Made by a program: the position numbers and the translations under genes. Positions 26,463 to 35,538 of a DNA stretch of 64,000 bases are shown here, one piece after another. Numbering within the stretch: position 1 is the first letter of the stretch; each line of letters starts with the position of its first letter. The stretch covers positions 830 through 64,829 of the IMG/VR virus record IMGVR_UViG_3300038318_000521. The stretch is one strand, 5' to 3'. The notes under the pieces are model-generated. The model did no database searches, was not told the DNA's origin, and saw only the letters and a program-made list of their open reading frames with translations. The DNA is from a virus (Duplodnaviria; Caudoviricetes).

Positions 26463-27536
26463 CTAAAACTCAGGCAGAGTGATCTCTTGAACGTTCTCAT
26501 CCAGAGCGGCGAATACACCACGACGGGCACGACCTACAATTTGAGCTTCCACTAAGCGGGAAAGATCAGCGAGTGTTGCGTCAATCCGCAGATCATGCTT
26601 GATAAGCTCCTTGAAACCACGCTTTGGACGAATCAAATACGCCTTGTTATCAGCGATACCGTTGTACTTGTAGGACTTCTTACCGATCTTGATTTCCCAA
26701 CCATCATAAGCGATGATTGTATCGATACCAGTCAGAGAAGCATAATCAGTGCCACGGACATGGAACTTACCTAGTGCTTCTTGGATATGGTCAAGTCTTG
26801 TGCCGGATACCAGCAAAATGTTGCCAGGACGCTTTGCCTGTCTTGCATCAGCCATACCCTTTTTAAGGGTCTCGCGGAGACTCAAGATAGGATGGGCGGC
26901 GAACGAGGTGTCGCCCTCTACGGGTAGATTCCCCTCCACGTCAATGAGGACAGCACCGGTTTTGTTACCGGCTCCGTAAGTGTAGCTAATGATGGGGCCA
27001 AGGTGAATGTGGTTAAGCAAAGCGTTGTAAGCTTCACCGAACGCACGATCAATCTCATCCATCTCAAAGGTGCGGTTGTACTCAACCATGTCTTCGGTAT
27101 ATTCGATACCTGCAGCATAGGTTACAATACGGGCCGTCGGGCCTTCTTCTGCTTGCAAGTGACCGAACTTGACTTCTTCACCTTCGATGTGTTCAGCAAA
27201 CACGATAACGCCTTTTTGTGCCCATTTGGCATCGAAAATCTCGGGAAAATTTCTGTCCTCAATGCGTTCGTAGATTGGGGTGTAGAGGGTAGGAGTGGTT
27301 TCCCTTCCGAGTTCAACATCAAGCACAACCTTTTCTAAAAGTTCCTTGCGAACCGCATCAGTGGTGATCATCTCGCCCATAGGCTTGCTAAGGGCGTAGA
27401 CCGCCATTTCGCCATTTACGATGTGCTTTTCTACACTGTACTCTTTGCCATCCAACACAAAAGGCACCTTCTGTTCGAAAGTGCCTTGTCTCCGTGCGGC
27501 TCTGGCTGTTTCGATACTTACAATTTTTGTCGCCAT
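26463..27536 (-). CDS. Major capsid protein
   Basis: Size and position; HK97-like features (TYAAGIEYTEDM, FGEAYNALLNH, PGNILLV). Confidence 0.85.
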   Translation of the reverse strand: MATKIVSIETARAARRQGTFEQKVPFVLDGKEYSVEKHIVNGEMAVYALSKPMGEMITTDAVRKELLEKVVLDVELGRETTPTLYTPIYERIEDRNFPEIFDAKWAQKGVIVFAEHIEGEEVKFGHLQAEEGPTARIVTYAAGIEYTEDMVEYNRTFEMDEIDRAFGEAYNALLNHIHLGPIISYTYGAGNKTGAVLIDVEGNLPVEGDTSFAAHPILSLRETLKKGMADARQAKRPGNILLVSGTRLDHIQEALGKFHVRGTDYASLTGIDTIIAYDGWEIKIGKKSYKYNGIADNKAYLIRPKRGFKELIKHDLRIDATLADLSRLVEAQIVGRARRGVFAALDENVQEITLPEF

Positions 27537-27599
27537 TATTTATCTCCTCCATTGATTAAATTGTTCTTGACAATGCTTCTCGACCCCATGTTGGAGGCC

Positions 27600-28244
27600 C
27601 TACTCGACTGGAGCCATTAGACCAGCCGTCTCCAGCGCGCCTAACAGTGCAATTAGAGCAGTACGTACAGCCTCGGCAGTAGCATCCTCAGCACATGTCA
27701 CATTAGCAGCCACTCTAGCTAACGCCGTACTGGCATCTGCTTGAGCTGCATCAGCGTTCGTGTTAACCTCGTTGACAGCATCAACGATGCTGGTTTTGTC
27801 TGTAGTAGCAAGCTCGCCGAGCTCGCCAATCACTTCAAGCGAAGTGTCAGCTACAAACCCTGGCCAGAGCACAAACCAAATCACATTGTTGGTGTCCTTG
27901 GCCGCTGTTACCACACCAGCAAACACAGCTTTAGCGTCGGTAGTGAGCTTGGATGTGCTTGCATCCCAATAAATCTTGTCGCCTTTATCAAAATCCTTGG
28001 TGGCATCGATTTGATCCGTTTCATATTCAGCTACCTCGATGGCCAAGATGGCTTCAGCAGTTTCGCCTGCTCCCGTCTTGACATCTTGCATAGCAAAGCC
28101 GAGAAAGCCATCGAGTAGCAGAATCTGCCCCGCCTGGATGTTGGAATTCTCCGGGACTACCACCCGAACGGAATTGCCATCTGCAACTTTGAAATACCCC
28201 TGTTGATAAGTGGTGCTAGGCACCGGATTGCCTTTAATAGCCAT
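27600..28244 (-). CDS. DUF2190-like capsid decoration protein with a C-terminal helical extension
   Basis: GQI...GF.GFA..D...GE and F..GD..YWD...LT pattern; TTDKTSIVDAVNEV extension. Confidence 0.7.
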   Translation of the reverse strand: MAIKGNPVPSTTYQQGYFKVADGNSVRVVVPENSNIQAGQILLLDGFLGFAMQDVKTGAGETAEAILAIEVAEYETDQIDATKDFDKGDKIYWDASTSKLTTDAKAVFAGVVTAAKDTNNVIWFVLWPGFVADTSLEVIGELGELATTDKTSIVDAVNEVNTNADAAQADASTALARVAANVTCAEDATAEAVRTALIALLGALETAGLMAPVE

Positions 28245-28262
28245 TTTTCATTCCTCCTTCTC

Positions 28263-30347
28263 TTAAATAGACGCTGTTCTTTGGACTAGATGCTTAGGAG
28301 CATCGCTAACACCAGAACCAGTAACTGCAGGTTGTTCAACGAAATTTTTGCCCAGGATACCCCTGAGTGCTTCGTCAGCCAAAAGGCCATCAATTTCACC
28401 AGCGATCTCTTCTTTGGTTGCACCTTCAGCAACATTAAGCATCTTGGTAACCAAGACTTGAGCTTGTTCGCCGGTTACCTTCTCTTTGATGGTTTCCTCA
28501 ACCAACTTAACATGAGCTTCCTTTGCTTTATTGGCAGCGGCCTGGGCCATTTCACCAACAACTTCAGCAGGTTTTTCTGGCTTGTCCTTGTCATAACCAA
28601 GAGCTTTCCATACTTCTGCCATCTCGCCAGCCAAAGCCAGAGCTTCATCTGCGGGAGTCTCTTTTGCGAAACCAAGAGTGGTAGCTAACTTGGCACCAAA
28701 TTCAGCCCCTGTTTTGAACTGTTCCATTTGCTCCCCAGCTAACTGAGTAACAACAGCATCTTTCTCATAACCCATCTCGCCTAACACGGTGATTAGGTCG
28801 GTTTCCTTTTTGGCCAGCGCACTGCGGACAGCTGCCAGCATTTCTTGAATCGTCATACTCTCATCTCCTTTTGTGCTCATTTCCCCGGATACAGGGGTGT
28901 AAATCGTTTGTTCCTTGACTTCTTTCACATCATCACTCAACAAAATCTTGCCTTCAAAAACTCCATAACCAACCTTGAACAACCTCGGAGGCCCTTCAGC
29001 CTCATACTCTACAATGACGTAATCATCAAATACGCGACGCACCCAAACATATGTGTCTTTTTCCCTGTACTTGTTACGTAAAGCTGCCACCAGCGCTTCT
29101 CTTAATCCCTCGTGACTACCATCAAACGCCATTGGCGTACTGGGCATAGCTGGAATAACACTCATTTCTCCACTAGGGACAAAGGTTATCTTCTCTACAA
29201 CTTTTTCAGCATCTTCTCCCAACACAACACGTCCATCAGCAATTGAATAACTAACCTTGTACAACTCTCTTGGACCGTTTTTGGACTCCACAGCAACAAT
29301 CACATAGTCAACATACAAACGATCAACCCATGTGTAATTATCGTCTTTACCAAACTTATTGCGTACTGCACCAACAACAGCTTCCCTTAAAGCCTCATAA
29401 CTACCATCAGTACCCGCCATCGAATCATCAAATGGTTTAATGGTCAATGTATCCATCTCTCCAAAGGCAACGATAGACGAAGGCATTCCAGCCCTGTGAA
29501 GAGGCGTCCAGTCGATAGAAAGTGGTTTATAGCCAACGATGTGAACTTCGCCATTGATGTTTTTGAGTGTAGGAATACCAAAAATGGAAACTTGAGTGAC
29601 GCGTTTGGAACGAATCCAACGCTTTAGATCAGGAGCTGCCTTATCAACCACGCCCCTGAAATACGCTTTGCCATCTTTCCACAATGCTCCCACCCAATGT
29701 GTAACAGGGGTAGGAAATTGGGTGTCCACATCTTCGGCCTTTTGATGGCCAAGAAACCCAGATAAGGTTTCACCATTAACGACGTTTACGATATCCTGAA
29801 GGCTTTCGCCCGTGTAGTACCAGCCACGCTTTGATTTGCTTACAGGAACACTGACAACAACTTCTAAAGGATCATCATCGCCAGCTTTAATTGCTTCCAC
29901 ATCAACACCCGGGGCAAGTGGTATATCCTCTGGCTTCATTCCGCCGATCACAGCGTCTAGGATGGACATTTCTCCTTCGACAAGGCTTGCGGGAGGATCT
30001 TCTTCCAACTCCTCGTAATGCCTTAGCAGATGCGCCCTCGCTTCCGTTTTCTGTTCTTCGGTTAACGTGGTGTTAGTAGATAAATCCGCAACGGCTTTAG
30101 CGAGTGCAAATTTATTAAGTACAACCTGACCATCTGCGGTCACCTCGTGATGTAGACCAAACGTGCTTTCTTTGGTGAAGTTCTCGTCAATCGTAGTAGT
30201 AACGATGGCACAGGCTTCCTTAATGGCTTCTTTAACACCGCCATATCCTTCATCTAGGCCTTTTTTGAACTTAGACCAAATACCCTTGGGCTTCCACTCT
30301 TTAAGCGATACAGTATCCTTGATTTCAAACTTTTTGATCTTTGTCAC
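28263..30347 (-). CDS. Prohead protease-scaffold fusion
   Basis: Position before decoration and MCP genes; SKRGWYY...GFLGHQ...HWVGA...VSIFG...SIDW protease-like core; acidic helical C-terminus. Confidence 0.7.
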   Translation of the reverse strand: MTKIKKFEIKDTVSLKEWKPKGIWSKFKKGLDEGYGGVKEAIKEACAIVTTTIDENFTKESTFGLHHEVTADGQVVLNKFALAKAVADLSTNTTLTEEQKTEARAHLLRHYEELEEDPPASLVEGEMSILDAVIGGMKPEDIPLAPGVDVEAIKAGDDDPLEVVVSVPVSKSKRGWYYTGESLQDIVNVVNGETLSGFLGHQKAEDVDTQFPTPVTHWVGALWKDGKAYFRGVVDKAAPDLKRWIRSKRVTQVSIFGIPTLKNINGEVHIVGYKPLSIDWTPLHRAGMPSSIVAFGEMDTLTIKPFDDSMAGTDGSYEALREAVVGAVRNKFGKDDNYTWVDRLYVDYVIVAVESKNGPRELYKVSYSIADGRVVLGEDAEKVVEKITFVPSGEMSVIPAMPSTPMAFDGSHEGLREALVAALRNKYREKDTYVWVRRVFDDYVIVEYEAEGPPRLFKVGYGVFEGKILLSDDVKEVKEQTIYTPVSGEMSTKGDESMTIQEMLAAVRSALAKKETDLITVLGEMGYEKDAVVTQLAGEQMEQFKTGAEFGAKLATTLGFAKETPADEALALAGEMAEVWKALGYDKDKPEKPAEVVGEMAQAAANKAKEAHVKLVEETIKEKVTGEQAQVLVTKMLNVAEGATKEEIAGEIDGLLADEALRGILGKNFVEQPAVTGSGVSDAPKHLVQRTASI

Positions 30348-30765
30348 CTCCTTTCAAAGAAACTAATATATTAGCTAAAAGTTCGACCAGTTGTTCAGAA
30401 GCTATTTCCCATTGTTTGTCGGCAATATTTCTAGCACTAGGGCTAAGCTCTTCCATCACGTGAGCCCAAATGTCTTCCATACCAACCAACATGAGATGAA
30501 GCAACTCATGCGCAATGACTTTTTCTAGCTTGTAGAAATCAGCCCACATTTCGGGAGGATCCAGAATGGCAGGATCCGCCAGTTGTATTGTTGCTAAGCC
30601 ATTGCAACTATTGAATGTGATAGTGGCCTGCCTGCCCGCGATTTCAGACGGGTGCACTATCTTCGCCCTTACATCCCAGTGTTCTAAACGCAAAATAATA
30701 CGCCACTCTTGAATGAGGGCGTTTACCTTGGATAGCAATTCATTTTGTGCCAATTCCTGTGTCAT
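30325..30765 (-). CDS. HExxH metallopeptidase-like protein
   Basis: IAHELLHLML. Confidence 0.55.
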   Translation of the reverse strand: MTQELAQNELLSKVNALIQEWRIILRLEHWDVRAKIVHPSEIAGRQATITFNSCNGLATIQLADPAILDPPEMWADFYKLEKVIAHELLHLMLVGMEDIWAHVMEELSPSARNIADKQWEIASEQLVELLANILVSLKGGDKDQKV

Positions 30766-30971
30766 TTACTCTGACCACTTCCTCCCTTGGGGAGCTTCCT
30801 GGGTCCTTTACCTGTAGGTCTTGCGGAATACCCACCCATATGAGCCCTAGGCGGTTTAACTTCCCCCGAAGACGAAGCGCTTAGGTTTCTCCCGCTCCAT
30901 TTTTGGTCCGGGCTAATGCACATCAAAAACAACATCACCACTGCAAACACTCCAACCCAGAAGGCGATCAT
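30762..30971 (-). CDS. Small membrane-anchored hypothetical protein
   Basis: N-terminal hydrophobic helix; ATGA coupling. Confidence 0.45.
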   Translation of the reverse strand: MIAFWVGVFAVVMLFLMCISPDQKWSGRNLSASSSGEVKPPRAHMGGYSARPTGKGPRKLPKGGSGQSK

Positions 30972-31957
30972 TCGTCTCCCTCCCCTAAGAGATCATTAAA
31001 CACTTTATCAATAGCCATAGTCGCTTGTTCAAGGGCATACGCCGCACTTGGGGTATACACTAAAAATAACAACGGGTCATTGGCGAACTGTTCTTTGAGG
31101 CGCAATAAATCGCTTCTTGCGCTGCGTTCAATCTCCAATAGTTTCCTCAAGCGCCGAACTTCTGTCATAAGCTCAAGGTCAGTTTTGAAGCTTACGTGTA
31201 CATCTGCGAAGAGGTCCTCCAGTAGATGTTTGTGCTTGTTCATGGACTCCTCCGCAGCCTGTCTGGCTATTTCTGCGATTTGCTCTTTTGTGAGTTCGTC
31301 AGGGGTATGGCATTTTATTTTGATGATTCCATCAAAATGTGTGCTACCACCCTTCACAAACTCCATCGTCCCTTCTGGTTTGATACTTCTGGGTTTAATC
31401 TCACTCTCATCAAGCTGAACTTCTGATAGGGTTTTACTTTCTTTGCCCTCAACAATTGAGCCTTTGACTATCCCTTGTTTAAGATTCGTCCAGAATTCCT
31501 TACCCTCTGCGCTTATTTCGGTGGGCTTTATGGTGCCAGGCTTGATTTCTTCGCCGTCAAGCTGGACTTGTTCCAATTTGACGAAGCCTTTCAATGGGGC
31601 AAGGCAATCCGCTAAAACCTTGCCATCTGCGACTTTTTGATCTGATACTTCGGCTTGTTGAATTAACTCTTTGTCTATCTCCGTAATGATTTCCACAGTT
31701 TCTCTCCAGTGATTCACCTTTATTTCCAGCAGTCTACCCGGTAATTGAAGTGCCTCCTCGATTTCATCGAACGTGCGACTTGCCCCAAGTCTTTTGCCTC
31801 TTGGTTGCTGAGTCTTGACTTCTCGAAAACAGGTCTGGCAAATGGGTTCTTTTTCAATTTCTGGCATCACTTTCTCGGTAGTTCCGCAAATTGAACACTT
31901 GACTACTTTTATGTCTTCACACACTTTTATTTCTCCTCTCAAAGTGAAAAGCACCAC
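30968..31957 (-). CDS. Hypothetical protein with an N-terminal Zn-finger-like CxxC...CxxC
   Basis: CSIC...CQTC; two VQLD.(E)EIKP..IKP copies. Confidence 0.55.
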   Translation of the reverse strand: MVLFTLRGEIKVCEDIKVVKCSICGTTEKVMPEIEKEPICQTCFREVKTQQPRGKRLGASRTFDEIEEALQLPGRLLEIKVNHWRETVEIITEIDKELIQQAEVSDQKVADGKVLADCLAPLKGFVKLEQVQLDGEEIKPGTIKPTEISAEGKEFWTNLKQGIVKGSIVEGKESKTLSEVQLDESEIKPRSIKPEGTMEFVKGGSTHFDGIIKIKCHTPDELTKEQIAEIARQAAEESMNKHKHLLEDLFADVHVSFKTDLELMTEVRRLRKLLEIERSARSDLLRLKEQFANDPLLFLVYTPSAAYALEQATMAIDKVFNDLLGEGDE

Positions 31958-31983
31958 CCTATGGCAGTGCTTCGTGTATTTAG

Positions 31984-32274
31984 CTAAATGTTTGGGGTGA
32001 ACCTAAATCCTCCCACCTCTTTGCCATGTTCGATCTTGTGGCGGTCGCCAACTTTGGATTTAAATGTCGTGACCGGGTACTCTCCTTCCCACTTCGGAAA
32101 TGACCACTGGAACACGAATACATCCTCTGGATTAGCCGCAGAGCGTGTCAGCTTGACAATCCCTACCGCCCCATTTCCTGGGTGGATAGACGCCTGTAAG
32201 TAATACTCTCCCGCCTCTTCCAACTCGAAGATATACTCAGCCCTTATCACTTGAACGATATTCGAGTTACCCAT
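31984..32274 (-). CDS. Hypothetical protein
   Basis: RBS GGAG; same-strand packing. Confidence 0.5.
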   Translation of the reverse strand: MGNSNIVQVIRAEYIFELEEAGEYYLQASIHPGNGAVGIVKLTRSAANPEDVFVFQWSFPKWEGEYPVTTFKSKVGDRHKIEHGKEVGGFRFTPNI

Positions 32275-32290
32275 TACTCCATCCCCCTCT

Positions 32291-32602
32291 CTAGCCTAAC
32301 GCAACCCTATCATTTAACTTGTCCATACTATCCTTGAGCATACTCTGGGCTTTCCTTAGCTGGCGTTCGGCTTTTCTAACTTCCACACCAGCCCGAATCC
32401 TTCTTTCTGCACGCGTGCGTTCCCTTGCTACCTTGGCTTGCAGGGTCTTGATCTCATCATCAAGCTTATAAGCTATGGTTTCATCGCCACATTCAGGGCA
32501 TCTAAAACCAACTTCTTCAACGTCATATTCAACTGGTCTGGTAAACATGTTATCCTGCACAATGAATCCTGCAGGACATTTATCACACTTAACTTGTGTC
32601 AT
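32291..32602 (-). CDS. Zn-ribbon plus coiled-coil hypothetical protein
   Basis: CDKC...CPEC then a coiled coil; start after RBS GAGAGGGG. Confidence 0.55.
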   Translation of the reverse strand: MTQVKCDKCPAGFIVQDNMFTRPVEYDVEEVGFRCPECGDETIAYKLDDEIKTLQAKVARERTRAERRIRAGVEVRKAERQLRKAQSMLKDSMDKLNDRVALG

Positions 32603-32924
32603 GGTCTTTTCCCCTCTCATACCATGATTTATCCCGCTGTTCGAGTATCTTCAAAAGACCTTTTGCTTCGCCATACCTACGTTCCAGAATATTTAGTTCC
32701 CTTAGTTGCTTTCGGGTCAGCTCTCCCCTTAAACGTGCTCCTTGCAGATGAGGGATAGCCATCTTCATCATTTTGCACGATTCCGAGACGCTAAACCGTT
32801 TCTCGTCCGATAGACGGCTCCAATACTGGGCATAGCGAAATACGTCCTGCATACCATCGCTTGCAAGCCGGAGAAACTTGTCGTTGTATCGCACCTTCTT
32901 GATGTTGGGCACCCCCTCATACAA
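32589..32924 (-). CDS. Hypothetical protein
   Basis: Coupled to neighbouring genes; start uncertain. Confidence 0.45.
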   Translation of the reverse strand: MYEGVPNIKKVRYNDKFLRLASDGMQDVFRYAQYWSRLSDEKRFSVSESCKMMKMAIPHLQGARLRGELTRKQLRELNILERRYGEAKGLLKILEQRDKSWYERGKDHDTS

Positions 32925-33966
32925 TCTGACGATATACGTTGTTATACCAGTCTTCTAAATAGTCAACAGAGCTGGGGTTTTTCTGCCAGCGAATCAGATC
33001 ATCCACGAATTCCTCTCTATCCATCACAACGGGGACAACGTAGCAAAGGCAATTTGGGTGAGGATATGTAGGCTCCTCACCCTTCTTGTACACCCCTGGT
33101 CCCAATCCATAAAGGTCTGCAGAAGCCAGATCGTCGCAAATGTCAGGCTCCGGATGACTATCCGAAAGCATATATTGCGAACCCAAATAAGACGGGTTGA
33201 TCCGCCCTCTGCTGTAGACGCCTTCATTAAAGGCCATGCCGTACTCTGTTCTAGCAAGCCTAAGTGCTTCGTAGGACGGATTCCCAGGTCTTCTTCGCCC
33301 TGAGCGTTTGTTGCTCTGCTTAGATTCCTCTCCTCCGCCCGGCATGTCAAAGTAGTCTTCTGGCAGAGTGCCATTCCGCACATAACCCTCTAGGTCTTTT
33401 GCCACTTGAACCACATCACGACCAGAGGCGATGCCTGTCTGAATGACGTCCCTCATAGCCGTCCTTGTCGATTCAGCTTGCTCCCAAAGGCGATCCGATA
33501 CAGTCAACCCCTTGCGCGTACGGAGCCAGAATGCTTCAACCGCCGATGTATTCACATCAGCGAATCCTCTTTGAAGTCTTACGAAGTCAACAGGAATCTT
33601 AGCTTGTTTCAATGAACCAATCAAGAAGTTGTCTACCGGCTTAGCACCGACTTCAATAACCTGCTTCATCCCTGTCTTTATCAAGGCCGAAGATTGCTGA
33701 TAGATGTTATCGGCCTCTCGGCGCAAGGATTTTTCTAATGCCTCCAGATGATTCCGAGTCAATAGCCCAGTAGTGGACTTTAGATTCCTCAAATCCTTCG
33801 CCACTTGATCAGCAGCATCCACATATATCTTATGCAAAGCAGGCTCATGTCTTAACTTAATTGCCAAAAAATCACGCCTGGCCCGAAGTAGTTCTCTGCC
33901 CATTTCAGTATCTGATATAGACCGAATCAGCTCAATGTTGCGCCTGGTCATCTCATGGAGTGGCAT
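32917..33966 (-). CDS. Minor head / head morphogenesis protein (SPP1 gp7 / Mu F-like)
   Basis: ALRLARTE and HPEPDICDDL...PHPNCLC motifs; follows the portal. Confidence 0.85.
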   Translation of the reverse strand: MPLHEMTRRNIELIRSISDTEMGRELLRARRDFLAIKLRHEPALHKIYVDAADQVAKDLRNLKSTTGLLTRNHLEALEKSLRREADNIYQQSSALIKTGMKQVIEVGAKPVDNFLIGSLKQAKIPVDFVRLQRGFADVNTSAVEAFWLRTRKGLTVSDRLWEQAESTRTAMRDVIQTGIASGRDVVQVAKDLEGYVRNGTLPEDYFDMPGGGEESKQSNKRSGRRRPGNPSYEALRLARTEYGMAFNEGVYSRGRINPSYLGSQYMLSDSHPEPDICDDLASADLYGLGPGVYKKGEEPTYPHPNCLCYVVPVVMDREEFVDDLIRWQKNPSSVDYLEDWYNNVYRQIV

Positions 33967-35522
33967 TAGTCATCACCGGCACGCTTTTTGTTTTTCTCCG
34001 CTTCGGCCAAAACCTGTTCGATCATCTTCAGTTCATTCTCGGCTAACTCGGCATCTTCTAGCTGTGACCTACGCAGACCATCCTGGATGATTCTATCCTT
34101 CTCGCCTACCACATTAGGATCATCGCTTTTATACTCATTCATAGTCTCAACGTATTGGGCCAGGAACGTCACTGCAGCTTCATGGCTCATAAGTTGGTTA
34201 GTAGTCGCCATCGAAAGACCTCTGATTAGTACCTCTAGCATAGCAGCTACTTCTTTTTCATCCCTTGGATCGACTTCATCCCAAAGTAGTTCTACGGCGT
34301 GTGTCGAAAACTTCTTACCACCAGCCATAGAGTGCATAGTCAGAGCCATTCTAGCAAGTAGCTTCCAACTGTCTGCGAAGTGTTCTCGCTTTCTTAGAAT
34401 CTTTTTAACCAGTACAGGCATCTGTTCTTTAACACTAGCCTGGCTTGATGGTGTATGTGTACCGAAAGAAAATTCGGGTGTCTCAGATACGTCAACAATG
34501 CAAAAGAAAAGTAGTTTAAGGAGTGGTTTCGCATCGCCAGTTGCAGAAGCTACCTCGATGAACTCCGCATCTTCTTCTGCACCTTCGAATATGAGTAGGT
34601 CTTTGCCCTCTAGGTTGATCCGCCCGCCGTCTCGTGCAAACTTCTCGGGATCTGTGATTCCGAAGTTGTTGAGTAGGAACTTAGAAACGTTTTTCAGCTT
34701 TAGTTTCAGCCTGGGTGTACTGTGGAGCTTAGACCCTTGAATGGCGTGGAGCATCACATCGTGATATGCCTTCATGAATGGCTCGATAGCCTCTAGCTCA
34801 CTCTTACCATAGGTTGCCCCGGGATTCTTTTCGTTAGAGAATTGCACGATAGGAATGAAGCCCCACTTGCTTGGGACCGCACCCATTTCTATCCCGGGAT
34901 TATCACCTTCAACGGAAGTGATGCGCTCATCCTTGTTGATTCGTTCTTGGACGACGCACTTCCTTTTGTTACCCACTTCATCAATCCACTCGGTTGCAGC
35001 CTCCAAGACATACTCAATGACTTCCCCCGTTATGGGATCGCGCCTTAACTTGTTGTGAGCGATCATATCGGGAGGGATAATGTTGAAAACCAGCCTATAT
35101 TTGCCGGATTCGGGATACAACTCTTCGGTCTCATCAGATTCTTCAAGCGTGAGCCATACCCAACAATCTGCGTCCCTAAGTGCACTCAAATGAACCTGCT
35201 GTTGAAGGGAAGCGATCTGGGCTTGAAATTCGTCTAGCGCCACTTGCGCATCTTCGTCCTCGATAACAAACGCAGGTACGCCCATGAAGCCAACAACCGT
35301 ATTGATTACCGGCTTAGCTGCCCATGCGCCTAGTTTATAAGCGTCCTCTGTGTTATCATACAGGTTTCTAGCTAGTTCATAGTCAACCTTCTCGGAATTT
35401 AGCTTATAACCTCTAGATAACACGCCGGTGCTTATAGCCCAACTAGATACTTTTTGGCGGAGTTTTGATATTTCACCTGCAATCTTACCTGGTAATTTAG
35501 TCATTTCGCCTACAATGCTCAA
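33966..35522 (-). CDS. Portal protein (SPP1 gp6-like)
   Basis: WGFIPIVQFSN...GKSELE motif; follows TerL; TTG start after RBS GAGGTG. Confidence 0.85.
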   Translation of the reverse strand: MSIVGEMTKLPGKIAGEISKLRQKVSSWAISTGVLSRGYKLNSEKVDYELARNLYDNTEDAYKLGAWAAKPVINTVVGFMGVPAFVIEDEDAQVALDEFQAQIASLQQQVHLSALRDADCWVWLTLEESDETEELYPESGKYRLVFNIIPPDMIAHNKLRRDPITGEVIEYVLEAATEWIDEVGNKRKCVVQERINKDERITSVEGDNPGIEMGAVPSKWGFIPIVQFSNEKNPGATYGKSELEAIEPFMKAYHDVMLHAIQGSKLHSTPRLKLKLKNVSKFLLNNFGITDPEKFARDGGRINLEGKDLLIFEGAEEDAEFIEVASATGDAKPLLKLLFFCIVDVSETPEFSFGTHTPSSQASVKEQMPVLVKKILRKREHFADSWKLLARMALTMHSMAGGKKFSTHAVELLWDEVDPRDEKEVAAMLEVLIRGLSMATTNQLMSHEAAVTFLAQYVETMNEYKSDDPNVVGEKDRIIQDGLRRSQLEDAELAENELKMIEQVLAEAEKNKKRAGDD

Positions 35523-35538
35523 TTTGTCACCTCGTTTC

